DNA from: Lachnospiraceae bacterium
Lineage (GTDB): Bacteria; Bacillota; Clostridia; Lachnospirales; Lachnospiraceae
DNA: 64,000 nt
Direction: 5' to 3'
Assembly (NCBI GenBank): GCA_024692905.1
Contig: JAILLY010000066.1
Coordinates: 2,912 to 66,911 of the forward strand
Shown: positions 19,312 through 29,736 of the stretch, piece after piece
Layout: each line of letters starts with the position of its first letter
How positions within the stretch are numbered: the stretch's first letter is position 1
Translations under genes and position numbers: made by a program
The notes under the pieces: generated by a model
The model's input: only the letters and a program-made list of their open reading frames with translations
Database searches by the model: none
Told to the model about the DNA's origin: nothing

Positions 19312-21492
19312 CTAAGCCTTTGCCGCTGTCGTCCCGGTTATACCGAGTACTACGACCGCACAGGCGGAAATACCCGATACCGGATTATCCGCTATATGAC
19401 GGATGAACGCATGGACGGTGGAGCCGTCATACATCGGCTCATCGACAAAGGTATTCAAGCGTTCCTTTGCACATTTTTTGAGCCTGTCAAGAAAATCCGC
19501 ACCGTATTCGCTGTAATCCTTCTGCAGTCTGAGCCTGGTCCCGAGTTCTATTTCATTGAAATAACGGCCAACGAATTTCCTGTATGACCTGTTGCATCTT
19601 ACCACATTGATGCTGTCACCGTTTGACTCTATTACCGACATGGGCACCGTATCAAAATAATCCTTGAATTTACCCGAACCCTCGCCTGCTACTATGCTAA
19701 GGTCATACAGGTTAACCTTTCCCAGTGAGGTATAATAATCCGATTCCTTGGGATCTTCAAAACCGATCTCGATATCTTTCCTGTATATGTCTTTGGACCC
19801 TTCATAAGTAACCGGCCTGCTGAAGTGAAAGCCCTGAAGCTTGGTGCAGCCGATCTCCTTTAAGAACTCGACCTGTTCTTCCTTCTCAACTCCCTCGGCG
19901 ACGGTTTCTATGCCGAGCCCTGCAGCCATCTTGAGCAGTTCCGTCATTATTATCTTCGCATTTTGGCCCTTGTCAAGCTGCCGCATGAACCTCATGTCAA
20001 ACTTGATAAGGTCAAAATTAATATCCTGAAGCACATCAAGCGATGAATATCCGCTTCCGAAATCGTCCATCCAGACCCTGAACCCAAGTTCCCTGAACCG
20101 TTCGATCCTTGCCTTCATGTATTCAAAATCATCACCGACAACACTCTCGGTTATCTCTATTGTCAGTTTATCGCGCCCGATCCCGGCATCATCAACTCTT
20201 CTGCATATCTCGTCAACGATATCGCAGGTTTCAAAATCCGTCCTTGACAGATTAACCGACACCGGCACTATGGGCTGTCCGGCAGCCTTTTGCTCCAGCA
20301 TCCTGGCAAGGACAAGATCCACCATATGCAGATCGACCCTGTATATAAGCTTTGCATCCTCGAGTATCGGGATGAAATCAGCAGGCGATATGAGTCCCTT
20401 GTCGGGATCTATCCACCGGGCAAGCGCCTCTTCATCGCATACCTTTATATTCGCGGCTCGTACTATGGGCTGGTAATATGCCCGGATCCAGTTTTCGGAG
20501 ATCGCAAGGTCAAGATTATCCAGAATATACTGACGCCTCAGTTCCATCTCAAGCATCGAATCATCAAACCTGATATAGTATGAACGGTTATCGTCCCTGT
20601 GCGAATTACAGGCATATTTGGCACGGTCGCAGGCAATACTGACCTCGGTATTCCCCGTCGGATCAAGATATATGCCAAACCTTACGGGAAGCGTATTGCC
20701 TCCGTTGATCCTGCCGCAATCCTCGATCACGCTGTCCAATACAGCTTCAAGTCCTTCGGCTTTATAATAAAACGCAAAATGATCCTGACCGAAACGGCTG
20801 CAGTTCTCATTACCGAAATAGCCGGCAAGTATCTTTGCAAAACCCGTGATGATCTTGTTTCCTTCGGCAAATCCGTACTTTTTATTAAAATACTTAAGAC
20901 CGCTGATATCGGCATATACAAGAGCCGTTTCCAGCCCTTTCTCATTCATCAGCCTCCTGCCCGCATCTGCAAGCCTGAAGAAATATGTCATACTGGGAAG
21001 TCCGGTGAGAAAATCATAATTCATTTCATGATATATGCTGCCCCTGTTAAGCATGGAACGGTATTCAAGGTTCAGCGAATGCGGATTGACTTCTCCGGAT
21101 TCGCCGTATACTCCTTCATCCGAAAACCATATAACTGCAAGCCTTAAACCCGGCTCGGGATAGATATGCCTTCCAAAAGCATGTATGATCCTGTACTCTC
21201 CCCTTATCTTTGCGCGGAACACCGTATCATATTCTTCGCCTTCATCACCGAGCGCAAAACATACCGCAATATCTGCAAGCCTTGAAGAATCATCCGGATG
21301 TACATCCCTGTACATGTCGGTATCCATTAACTTACAGGCTGATGACGTATCGTCATAACCGAACAGTTCCGCAAAACCTGACGTGACCGCGACCGTCACG
21401 ACACGTTCATCCAGAAACTGGAAAACAGCGTACGGAACGCAGTTTCTCTCAACGAAGGACAGTTCCTCCGGTCCATATACATACTTGTTCAT
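19312..21492 (-). CDS. PAS / degenerate GGDEF / EAL signalling protein (predicted c-di-GMP phosphodiesterase) with an extra C-terminal domain
   Basis: The GGDEF position reads RFGQDHF, which is degenerate. EAL-domain motifs are intact (DEEALARW, EITE, DDFGSGYSSL, EGVE). Confidence 0.85.
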   Translation of the reverse strand: MNKYVYGPEELSFVERNCVPYAVFQFLDERVVTVAVTSGFAELFGYDDTSSACKLMDTDMYRDVHPDDSSRLADIAVCFALGDEGEEYDTVFRAKIRGEYRIIHAFGRHIYPEPGLRLAVIWFSDEGVYGESGEVNPHSLNLEYRSMLNRGSIYHEMNYDFLTGLPSMTYFFRLADAGRRLMNEKGLETALVYADISGLKYFNKKYGFAEGNKIITGFAKILAGYFGNENCSRFGQDHFAFYYKAEGLEAVLDSVIEDCGRINGGNTLPVRFGIYLDPTGNTEVSIACDRAKYACNSHRDDNRSYYIRFDDSMLEMELRRQYILDNLDLAISENWIRAYYQPIVRAANIKVCDEEALARWIDPDKGLISPADFIPILEDAKLIYRVDLHMVDLVLARMLEQKAAGQPIVPVSVNLSRTDFETCDIVDEICRRVDDAGIGRDKLTIEITESVVGDDFEYMKARIERFRELGFRVWMDDFGSGYSSLDVLQDINFDLIKFDMRFMRQLDKGQNAKIIMTELLKMAAGLGIETVAEGVEKEEQVEFLKEIGCTKLQGFHFSRPVTYEGSKDIYRKDIEIGFEDPKESDYYTSLGKVNLYDLSIVAGEGSGKFKDYFDTVPMSVIESNGDSINVVRCNRSYRKFVGRYFNEIELGTRLRLQKDYSEYGADFLDRLKKCAKERLNTFVDEPMYDGSTVHAFIRHIADNPVSGISACAVVVLGITGTTAAKA

Positions 21493-21576
21493 TACGACCC
21501 CCTATGCCGAAATACGAACTTCATATTTGCCACTCTTATAAGCATATCACAATGTCAACCGGATTACAAAGCAAAC

Positions 21577-23670
21577 CTACCAAATATTTACCCTGTTTTG
21601 AGGAGAAATATACATTCCGTCGCCTTCACCGACCTGATATGTGACAAGAAACTCATCAAACTGCTGTAATGTGGCGTTTACCCTCAGATAATTAAGCGGA
21701 TGATCGCTCTTTGAAAGAAGGTATAATTCCCTTTCATACGGAGAGACAACCCTCCATATGGAAGCGTATTTTCTGAAAAACGCGTCGTGATCAAAATGAT
21801 CATGCTCCTTTGCCAGCATCAGCATGACTTTCACACCCGCCATATCGGCGGCAGCCTCATTTACGACATTTTCACCGCTGACCCGGCCGTTTTCAAACGG
21901 GACCATGCTGTCATAATACGCTTTCAGTGCAGCCTCCCTCAGTTCAAACGCATGCTTATCTTCATCCGTCCACCATTCACCCAGTCTTCCGTTCTCATCA
22001 AACCGGGCTCCGCTTAAGTCAAAGGCATGGCTTAACTCATGGCCGATCACGGTTCCTATACCTCCGTACAGTTCCTCCCTGCTCATATCCTCATCGTAGA
22101 ATTCCCCCTCAAGCATACCCAGGAGAATATTTACGGAATTGGTCTGATGATCGTAAAACGCATTACATTGCAATATGTTAAGATCCCACAGTCCGGGATC
22201 CACGGCACATCCGGTAAGCGCCGTATCAAGCCCCAGTTCATATTCATTTACCGCCCGGATACAGCCCGGATAATCAAGCCCGTCAAGCACAAGATGTGAA
22301 TAATCCTTCCACTTATCGGGATAAACCGCATTTATCCTTACCGCCTCGAGTTTGCGGACAGCACGCTGCTTCATTTCCTCACTGAGCCAGTCCTCGCTTT
22401 CTATCATGGCCTTGTATCCCGGGATGATCTCCCCGCAAAGACGGGTTATATCCTCCTTCATCCCGGAACAGTCATATTTCTCAAGATACGTCTTTTCAAG
22501 CGGAACCCTCAGGAACTTAAGTACGGCTTCATATGCCATCTCTTCATCCGAAACATATCCCGCCGCTCCCGACAGTGTGTTTTGTGTCCTCACATATGCC
22601 TCATAGCATTCTCTGTCAAGCTTGTCAGACATATATATAAGATAATGCACCAGCATGTAATTCTTGATCGCAGCAAGGTTTTCGGGTTTATACAGCTCAT
22701 TCAGTTTCCTCAGCACATCAGGTTCGTTTACGGAAAATATTTCCGCCTTACCATATCCGAAACCATTGACAAAGGGTATGACAGGAAAGTCACCCGCCAC
22801 CGATGCAAGTTCGTCCGGTGTATAGTCATTGTTCATCTTTAAGAATCGATCGTCGGAAAGCTTATCCGCTGCACTCATCGATACAGATGCGATCTGCTCC
22901 TCAAGAGCCAGTACCGAATCATATATCGCGCCGGCCCCTTCTTCATCGAGCCCCAGGCGGACCGCAAGTGTGGTGAAGAGTTCCTTTTTTGCTTCGTAAA
23001 TCCTGTTTCCGGTCTCTGTGAGCACCGCATATTCCGCCGCATCCTCCAAAAGGAGCCTGTCATTTCCTATACGAACCGTATACTTGGCAGGGTCGTTCAG
23101 ACCGGGAACGTTTGCTGCACTCACAAATGTGTCGACACAGTTACTCCTTGCGGGATCGCAGATAAATGCGGTAAGTTCCTCCATTGTCCCGATCCCCGAT
23201 ATGTCCGATACGGTTTTCTTTACGGGGGTCACGCCAAGTTCGTTTCGCCTCTCCCAATCTGTCACCGTTTCATACAGATAACGGATAAGTTCCGCATCAT
23301 GGCTGTTTATCTCCTCCCCCGAGAATAATCCCATGGCCTTCTGCCTTGTGTTCTGTTCAGCCGCAAGCATCGGACTTTCATATGAATGGCCGTCTTTTAT
23401 ATCCGTTTCCCTGAGCCAGTCATAATTGACCGCGAAATAATAATCATCCTTTTCATCGGGACATTTTGCGGAAAGTGCATTTTCCTTTATGGATGCATCC
23501 GTCCAGTTCCCCGCCTGTGCCGAAGCTGCCCGTTCCGCAGCTGTCTCTTCGGAAGGCATATCATCCTCTGTCACATCCCCGGTGCCCGCACATCCGGACA
23601 ACGGAGCGCAAAACACGGCAACAGCCGATATCATCGCGATCATTCCGCACGCAAACCGCTTTCTCATCAC
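21577..23670 (-). CDS. M13-family zinc metalloendopeptidase (PepO-like), lipoprotein
   Basis: HELSHAFD (HExxH) and NAFY motifs with a lipobox (PLSGC). 697 aa. Confidence 0.88.
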   Translation of the reverse strand: MMRKRFACGMIAMISAVAVFCAPLSGCAGTGDVTEDDMPSEETAAERAASAQAGNWTDASIKENALSAKCPDEKDDYYFAVNYDWLRETDIKDGHSYESPMLAAEQNTRQKAMGLFSGEEINSHDAELIRYLYETVTDWERRNELGVTPVKKTVSDISGIGTMEELTAFICDPARSNCVDTFVSAANVPGLNDPAKYTVRIGNDRLLLEDAAEYAVLTETGNRIYEAKKELFTTLAVRLGLDEEGAGAIYDSVLALEEQIASVSMSAADKLSDDRFLKMNNDYTPDELASVAGDFPVIPFVNGFGYGKAEIFSVNEPDVLRKLNELYKPENLAAIKNYMLVHYLIYMSDKLDRECYEAYVRTQNTLSGAAGYVSDEEMAYEAVLKFLRVPLEKTYLEKYDCSGMKEDITRLCGEIIPGYKAMIESEDWLSEEMKQRAVRKLEAVRINAVYPDKWKDYSHLVLDGLDYPGCIRAVNEYELGLDTALTGCAVDPGLWDLNILQCNAFYDHQTNSVNILLGMLEGEFYDEDMSREELYGGIGTVIGHELSHAFDLSGARFDENGRLGEWWTDEDKHAFELREAALKAYYDSMVPFENGRVSGENVVNEAAADMAGVKVMLMLAKEHDHFDHDAFFRKYASIWRVVSPYERELYLLSKSDHPLNYLRVNATLQQFDEFLVTYQVGEGDGMYISPQNRVNIW

Positions 23671-23704
23671 TTATTCCTTTCAACTGTCCTTTATACGAAG
23701 CAAT

Positions 23705-23724
23705 GCTGCCGGCGTTCCGGCAGC
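23705..23724 (-). terminator. GC-rich hairpin after the Cys-rich domain gene (weak terminator candidate, no U-tract)
   Basis: GCTGCCGG-cgtt-CCGGCAGC, an 8-bp stem. Confidence 0.3.
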
Positions 23725-23736
23725 ACTGTCATCAAT

Positions 23737-24000
23737 TCATTCCCAGTATCTGTATTCCTTAATTGTCTTTAATATAGTTTCATAATTCCCGGCTTCATGC
23801 GGATAAGTACATCCGGTGCATACCTTCTTGAGTTTCCCGTTCTTTTCGGTAAACACGGGCTTCCCCGGACAGTCCCGCATAAAATACAGGGGACAGTAGC
23901 AAAACAGACAGTTTATATCATCAAGCCCCTTATGGCAGGGATAATATTTGCATTCCCTGTTTTCAAAATAGCGGTGGGCCTGATCCTTCTTCTCAGTCAT
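23737..24000 (-). CDS. Cysteine-rich small domain protein (PF04071-like)
   Basis: ECKYYPCH...CLFCYCPLY...CPG...CTGCTYPH cysteine pattern. Start trimmed to MTEKKD (ATG 24000). Confidence 0.65.
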   Translation of the reverse strand: MTEKKDQAHRYFENRECKYYPCHKGLDDINCLFCYCPLYFMRDCPGKPVFTEKNGKLKKVCTGCTYPHEAGNYETILKTIKEYRYWE

Positions 24001-25492
24001 CCTTTTTTTCCTGCCCCGCCATCCTGACCATACTCTCATACATCGGTCCGGTCACATAAACACCTGCTGCCGGGAACCTGGTGGGATTGACGGCACAGTC
24101 AAACTTACCTATGAGTCCGCCTACGGTGTGTATCATTCCGTCCCATTCCCTGCCGTATTCCGACCTGAGCCTGCGCCAGTCCGTATACATGATAACGGCA
24201 TCCCTGTCGCCTTTGCCTTTCATGGTGGCTATACCAAGCTTCATATCCTTCTCAAGAGCCTTCTCGCCGCCGGCCTCTTCCGCGGCTCCCCCGTCATGTT
24301 TCATCGGGATTATCAGCTTGGCCTTGGTCATCTCCATGCCCATGAACCTGTAATAAAGCTTGAAAATAAGGGCAGAATCATCCTTGTCATCCACCGGAGC
24401 ATCCATCTGTCCTATAAGGAGCATCCATCTGACGAGATCGGGATTCGTGACAGGTATATTGGTGACCGGTATTCCCTTATGATCCGGCTTCTTTACGAGC
24501 ATTCCGGCGGCGATCGATGTCTGAACGACATTTATCGCGGCTCCGCATGCACCGTTTATATAGAAATTGCCGGCAAGGAAATTGCCTATGCCCTTCTTAT
24601 CATCCCCGTTCCTTACTACAGCGAGCTCAAGCTTGTCATTGCCGTAAAGTTTTCTGTAATGCCTTCTGTAAGCCCTTGTAACGATAAGTATGTTCGGAGG
24701 AGTGCATATATAAGATCCGTCACCCTTGTCTATTGTCTGTGAGAACAGATGCGCCTCGCCGGTCTTTTTGTCATGAACATAATATATCTCATCGGCCTTG
24801 ATTATCTTTTCGCACATCGCGGCGATCAGCTTGTCAAGCCTCTTCTTGCGCTCTTCCCTGACTTCCTCTTCCTCATCCTTGCCCGCATGGTTCGAATACC
24901 AGGTATTGAGGCGCCATATCTCCGCGCAGTCGGTAAGGCTTAGGTGCTGCATCTCCTCAACAGTCAGCCTGAGAGCACGTTCCTTCACATATGCATCGCC
25001 GAGTGCGCCGACATACGCATCATGTATGGCATCTTCACCCATATCCCTGGTATAGAGTACGGTTCCTATTCCGATATCATATTCCCTTGCATCTTCAAGT
25101 ATCAGGGTTACGGCCGTATCGGTAGCCGAATCGACCATCTGCTCATCAACCTGTATACCGGTTATGGTGGTCATCACCGCCTGCCTGTCATCGTCACCGA
25201 AATTGACGGCTCCTATGATCATATTCGGGGTAACATTTCCCTTTATGTTTCCGGAAACCGCGATATTGCCCGTATCCGGGACAGGCTTAACGCCAAGTAC
25301 GCCCATTACGAACGAGCACTTCACCGGAGCATCCTTATCCTCATCCTTAACGCTGCTCCCGGATGGCCCGCCATGCTCAACTTCACCGACTATCCCGTCG
25401 TCAAACTCTCCGAACCGTTCATCCTTAAGTTCGTCAAGTTCATCTTCCCTCGCATCTTTTTTCCCTTTTTTAAAAATGTTCAGAATTCCCAT
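23993..25492 (-). CDS. Hypothetical protein (acidic N-terminus, possible beta-barrel and SseB-like regions)
   Basis: Long ORF with coding-like composition. The family assignment comes from weak recollection only. Confidence 0.4.
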   Translation of the reverse strand: MGILNIFKKGKKDAREDELDELKDERFGEFDDGIVGEVEHGGPSGSSVKDEDKDAPVKCSFVMGVLGVKPVPDTGNIAVSGNIKGNVTPNMIIGAVNFGDDDRQAVMTTITGIQVDEQMVDSATDTAVTLILEDAREYDIGIGTVLYTRDMGEDAIHDAYVGALGDAYVKERALRLTVEEMQHLSLTDCAEIWRLNTWYSNHAGKDEEEEVREERKKRLDKLIAAMCEKIIKADEIYYVHDKKTGEAHLFSQTIDKGDGSYICTPPNILIVTRAYRRHYRKLYGNDKLELAVVRNGDDKKGIGNFLAGNFYINGACGAAINVVQTSIAAGMLVKKPDHKGIPVTNIPVTNPDLVRWMLLIGQMDAPVDDKDDSALIFKLYYRFMGMEMTKAKLIIPMKHDGGAAEEAGGEKALEKDMKLGIATMKGKGDRDAVIMYTDWRRLRSEYGREWDGMIHTVGGLIGKFDCAVNPTRFPAAGVYVTGPMYESMVRMAGQEKKDD

Positions 25493-25531
25493 ATCTTTAC
25501 CCCTCTGTACCGGTCGACGGCCCCCTGTATA

Positions 25532-25957
25532 TTATGAACTTATCTCCTCGTCCGAAGCAAGCATGAAGCCCTTCTCATTAAGCAGTTTCTCCGTTGCCTC
25601 CACATCATCGACCCTTAGTACGACATATGCCCCGAACTGCTTATTGGACGTAAATGCATATGTATACTTAAGATTGATCTCGGCTTCCTCCAAAACTCTC
25701 AATATCCTGTATAACGCACCGCCTTTATCGTCCATTTTGACGGCGACAACGCTCGTTACCTTGGAAAGTATATCCTCACCGAGCAGCTTCCTGGCCTTGT
25801 CAAGATCCGAAACTATCATCCTGACGATACCGTAATCACTGGAATCCCCAATGCTTAATGCCCTTATGTTGACATCCGATTCCGATATCCTCTTTATGGC
25901 TTCGCTCAGCCTGCCATGTTTATTTTCGATAAAGATTGATAACTGTTTGACTGCCAT
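25532..25957 (-). CDS. ACT domain-containing protein
   Basis: 141 aa with two ACT-like repeats (LSIFIENKHGRL...). This is the typical partner downstream of phenylacetate-CoA ligase genes. Confidence 0.75.
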   Translation of the reverse strand: MAVKQLSIFIENKHGRLSEAIKRISESDVNIRALSIGDSSDYGIVRMIVSDLDKARKLLGEDILSKVTSVVAVKMDDKGGALYRILRVLEEAEINLKYTYAFTSNKQFGAYVVLRVDDVEATEKLLNEKGFMLASDEEISS

Positions 25958-25984
25958 ATGTCCCTCCCGGAATATATCAAAAAC

Positions 25985-27289
25985 TCAATGAAGCTTCCTG
26001 TTGTCGATAACTCTTACCGCCTTACCCTCGCTCCTCTGAATGGTCTTTGGCGGAACGAGATGGATCTTGGGCCCTATACCGAGCATAGTACGCATCGAGG
26101 CCGCCAGTTTCTTCTCCATATCCTGCATATCAGCAATATTATCCGAGAACTGATCGGGTGAAAGTTCAACATCGATATCCAGGGTGTCCGTATTGTTCTT
26201 GCGGTCAACATAGATCATATAATTCGGAGTATAGCCCTCGTTTAAAAGCACCGTTTCGATCTGGCTGGGGAATACGTTCACGCCGCGGATGATGAGCATG
26301 TCATCGCTCCTGCCCATAGGCTTGCACATCTTGACATGTGTACGTCCGCATGAACATTTGCCCCTGGTGAGTATACATATATCCCTGGTCCTGTAACGGA
26401 GCAGCGGAAATGCCTCCTTATCAAGAGCGGTAAATACGAGTTCACCCTTCTCACCCTCCGGGAGCACTTCGCCCGTTTCCGGATCTATGATCTCGGCATA
26501 GAAATGATCCTCATTTATATGCATTCCGGTCTGCTCACTGCATTCAAACGCAACTCCCGGGCCGCTTGTTTCGGTAAGTCCGTATATATCGTATGCCTTT
26601 ATCCCGAGTCCGTCCTGGATCTGGGTCCTCATCTCCTCGGTCCAGGGTTCCGCACCGAATATGCCGGCCTTGAGTTTATTATCCCCAGGCCCGTATCCCC
26701 GTTCCTTAAGTGATTCTGCTATAAAAGCCGCATAACTCGGGGTACAGCACAGTATCGTGGAATTTAAATCCATCATGAACTGGATCTGGCGGTCCGTATT
26801 GCCCGAAGACATGGGCAGAGTCAGACATCCGACCTTATGTGAGCCGCCATGAAGCCCGGAACCGCCGGTAAAAAGCCCGTATCCGTAGCATACCTGAACA
26901 ACATCCTCTTTTGACCCGCCCGCAGCGACTATCGCCCTGGCACAGCACTCCTCCCAAAGGTCGATATCATGCTGGGTATAGAATGCGACAACTCTCTTTC
27001 CGGTTGTACCCGATGTGGAATGGATCCTTACACAGTTACTAAGATCCGTGGCCAAAAGACCGTACGGATAACATTCTCTTAAGTCATCCTTTTTAAGGAA
27101 AGGCAGCTTTTGGATGTCATCAATGCTCTTTATATCCTCCGGGGTTATCCCCTTATCATCCATAAGTTTCCTGTAATATGCGACATTATCATATACATGC
27201 CTCACCTGTTTTACGATCTTTACGTTCTGTATCCTGACGATCTCGTCCCTTGAAGCCGTTTCGATCTCAGGCTGAAAATACTGTTGCAT
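25985..27289 (-). CDS. paaK: Phenylacetate--CoA ligase family protein
   Basis: 434 aa, adenylate-forming PaaK-type (HSTSGTTGK, YGLTET, RYRTRD). Confidence 0.88.
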   Translation of the reverse strand: MQQYFQPEIETASRDEIVRIQNVKIVKQVRHVYDNVAYYRKLMDDKGITPEDIKSIDDIQKLPFLKKDDLRECYPYGLLATDLSNCVRIHSTSGTTGKRVVAFYTQHDIDLWEECCARAIVAAGGSKEDVVQVCYGYGLFTGGSGLHGGSHKVGCLTLPMSSGNTDRQIQFMMDLNSTILCCTPSYAAFIAESLKERGYGPGDNKLKAGIFGAEPWTEEMRTQIQDGLGIKAYDIYGLTETSGPGVAFECSEQTGMHINEDHFYAEIIDPETGEVLPEGEKGELVFTALDKEAFPLLRYRTRDICILTRGKCSCGRTHVKMCKPMGRSDDMLIIRGVNVFPSQIETVLLNEGYTPNYMIYVDRKNNTDTLDIDVELSPDQFSDNIADMQDMEKKLAASMRTMLGIGPKIHLVPPKTIQRSEGKAVRVIDNRKLH

Positions 27290-27408
27290 TTCTGTTCCCC
27301 TTTCAGCGGATCCGGCGTATATTTGTGACCGGACCTACCGGATAATTGTAATATCATTACTGCCTGTACGTCAATGTTAAAACGTTACGGTACGTACGTC
27401 ACTGACGA

Positions 27409-28053
27409 TCATTTGGTCCCGAATATCCTGTCTCCGGCATCCCCGAGTCCGGGACAGATATATGCATCCTTGTTGAGTTCCCTGTCGAGATGCCCTATAT
27501 ATATCTGGACATCCGGATGCGCTTCATGCAGCCGCTTGACTCCTTCCGGAGCCGCGATTATGCACATGAACTTGATGTTTACGCCGCCGTGCGACTTGAT
27601 CTGGTCGATCGCATCCACGGCCGAACCGCCGGTCGCGAGCATGGGATCCATTACAACTATGGTCCTCTGCTCTATCGGGCTCGGCAGTTTGCAGTAGTAC
27701 TCCTGAGGCTCATGAGTCTGCTCGTCGCGGTACATTCCTATATGTCCTACCTTTGCAGTCGGAACAAGCGCAAGCACTCCGCTCACCATTCCGAGACCGG
27801 CTCTTAAGATCGGCACAAGCGCCAGCTTCCTTCCGGCGATCATCGGCGTGTCGCAGCTCTCTATAGGGGTCTCAACCCTGACATCAACCATCGGAAGGTC
27901 GCTTAATGCCTCAAAGCCTTCAAGCATGGCTATTTCCTCGACGAGCTTGCGAAATTCGTTCGTACCGGTATTCTTATCCCTGAGCATCGAGATCTTGTGC
28001 TGGATCAGGGGATGCGTCGAAATGGTTATGTTCTCTTCATTTTCGTAATTCAT
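27409..28053 (-). CDS. upp: Uracil phosphoribosyltransferase
   Basis: HPLIQHK...[10 protein letters not shown]...DPMLATGGS signature. Confidence 0.95.
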   Translation of the reverse strand: MNYENEENITISTHPLIQHKISMLRDKNTGTNEFRKLVEEIAMLEGFEALSDLPMVDVRVETPIESCDTPMIAGRKLALVPILRAGLGMVSGVLALVPTAKVGHIGMYRDEQTHEPQEYYCKLPSPIEQRTIVVMDPMLATGGSAVDAIDQIKSHGGVNIKFMCIIAAPEGVKRLHEAHPDVQIYIGHLDRELNKDAYICPGLGDAGDRIFGTK

Positions 28054-28079
28054 ATAAGCCTCCTGTAAACGGTAGTACT

Positions 28080-29501
28080 CTATTCGTCTTTCTTGTCTTT
28101 TTCATCATCGGAGCTGGTTATGTAAACCCCGCGGCTCTGGTCGCCCTTGGGATTTGCACCGAAGGTATAGTCATTACCGGGAAGTATCGCATTTAAAACG
28201 ATACCGGCGATGGCAGCGATCGCAAGAGCGGTAAGCGTGATCGAGGTCGATCCCAGGTTGAAGGTAAGTCCGTCCGAGAAGCCCAGCCCGCATACAAAGA
28301 TCACACCGGCGATTATAAGGTTTCTGGACTTGGTAAGATCCACCCTGTTCTCTACTATGTTCCTTACACCGATCGCGGATATCATTCCGTAAAGCATAAA
28401 GGATATGCCCCCGATTATGGCGGTCGGCATCGTTGAGATCACCGCGGAAAACTTGGGAACGAACGAAAGAATTATGGCCATGACCGCGGCGATCCTTATA
28501 ACGAGCGGATCGTATACCTTCGACAGTTCCAGTACTCCGGTGTTCTCACCGTAAGTGGTATTTGCGGGACCTCCTATAAGTCCTGCGACGGCTGTTGCAA
28601 GGCCGTCACCCGTCAGAGTCCGGTGAAGACCCGGTGTTTCAATGAAATTCTCCCCTACCGTAGCCGAAATGGCTGACATATCTCCGATATGCTCCATCAT
28701 GGAGGCAATGGCGATCGGCGCCATTACCAGTATGGCAGTGATATCAAACTTGCATATCTGGAATGAAGGTATGCCGACAAATGACGCGCCGGCCACCGAT
28801 GAAAAATCAATGAGTGCGCTTCCGTCGGGATTTGTAACGCCGACGGCATTGAGCACCAGCGCAAATACATACGATATCGCAACACCCATGAGGATCGGGA
28901 TGATCTTAAACATACCCTTGCCCCAGATATTGAATATGATTATCACCGCAAGTGCTATGAACGCAAGGAACCAGTTGGATGATGCATTTGATATGGCGGA
29001 ACCGGCAAGCGAAAGTCCGATGCATATAATGATCGGGCCCGTGACTATGGGAGGCAGGAACCTCATAACCTTGTGAATGCCGACAAGCTTGATTATGATC
29101 GCAAGTACGAAATACAGGCATCCTGCGATAACGACTCCGCCGCATGCGTAAGCCGCCTTCTCATCGGCTCCCATTGCCGCAAACTTTCCCATATTCAGAT
29201 TGGCTACCGTATAAAAGCCTCCGAGAAAAGCAAATGAGGATCCCAAAAAGGCCGGTACCCTGAACTTGGAACATACATGAAAAATGAGGGTTCCGACACC
29301 GGCGCAGAACAGCGTTACGGCAACGGTCAGCCCTCTTGTGACGGGTTCTCCCGTGGCATCCTTGAAGTATCCTCCTACAAGGATCGGTACCAGAACAGTG
29401 GCACCGAACATGGCAAACATATGCTGCAGACCAAGGATCAGCAGACGCACGTTGCCTAATAACTTGGCATTTCTGATGGGTTGCGTACCCTTTTGTTCCA
29501 T
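28080..29501 (-). CDS. uraA: Uracil/xanthine permease (NCS2 family)
   Basis: Multi-TM protein with NCS2 motifs ([23 protein letters not shown]). Start trimmed to MEQKGT (ATG 29501, GAGGGAGG upstream). Forms an operon with upp. Confidence 0.88.
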   Translation of the reverse strand: MEQKGTQPIRNAKLLGNVRLLILGLQHMFAMFGATVLVPILVGGYFKDATGEPVTRGLTVAVTLFCAGVGTLIFHVCSKFRVPAFLGSSFAFLGGFYTVANLNMGKFAAMGADEKAAYACGGVVIAGCLYFVLAIIIKLVGIHKVMRFLPPIVTGPIIICIGLSLAGSAISNASSNWFLAFIALAVIIIFNIWGKGMFKIIPILMGVAISYVFALVLNAVGVTNPDGSALIDFSSVAGASFVGIPSFQICKFDITAILVMAPIAIASMMEHIGDMSAISATVGENFIETPGLHRTLTGDGLATAVAGLIGGPANTTYGENTGVLELSKVYDPLVIRIAAVMAIILSFVPKFSAVISTMPTAIIGGISFMLYGMISAIGVRNIVENRVDLTKSRNLIIAGVIFVCGLGFSDGLTFNLGSTSITLTALAIAAIAGIVLNAILPGNDYTFGANPKGDQSRGVYITSSDDEKDKKDE

Positions 29502-29560
29502 AAAAAACCTCCCTCTACATGCTAGTCCTGTAAACATGCCGTTAATATTCCATCCCTACC

Positions 29561-29589
29561 ATAATAATCCCTAAACGGCAGATTATCAA
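29561..29589 (-). promoter_or_regulatory. Candidate promoter of uraA-upp
   Basis: Minus strand TTGATA (29589-29584), 17 nt spacer, TATTAT (29566-29561). Confidence 0.55.
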
Positions 29590-29736
29590 TACAAAATATT
29601 GTGTTTTCTCATTTTTTGCATACTACATATATTGCTTTTGTCATATATGTAAGGGTCTGTGATTTTGGTTTACATAATTCAAAAATATGTGATCTTTTTC
29701 TTGTTATTTCGTGACCATTTGTGATAACCTATAGGC

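Noticed and set aside
29502-29560. PyrR binding loop in the uraA-upp leader
   Set aside because: No match to the ARUCCAGAGAGGYU consensus. There is only a loose GTAGAGGGAGG that doubles as the RBS.
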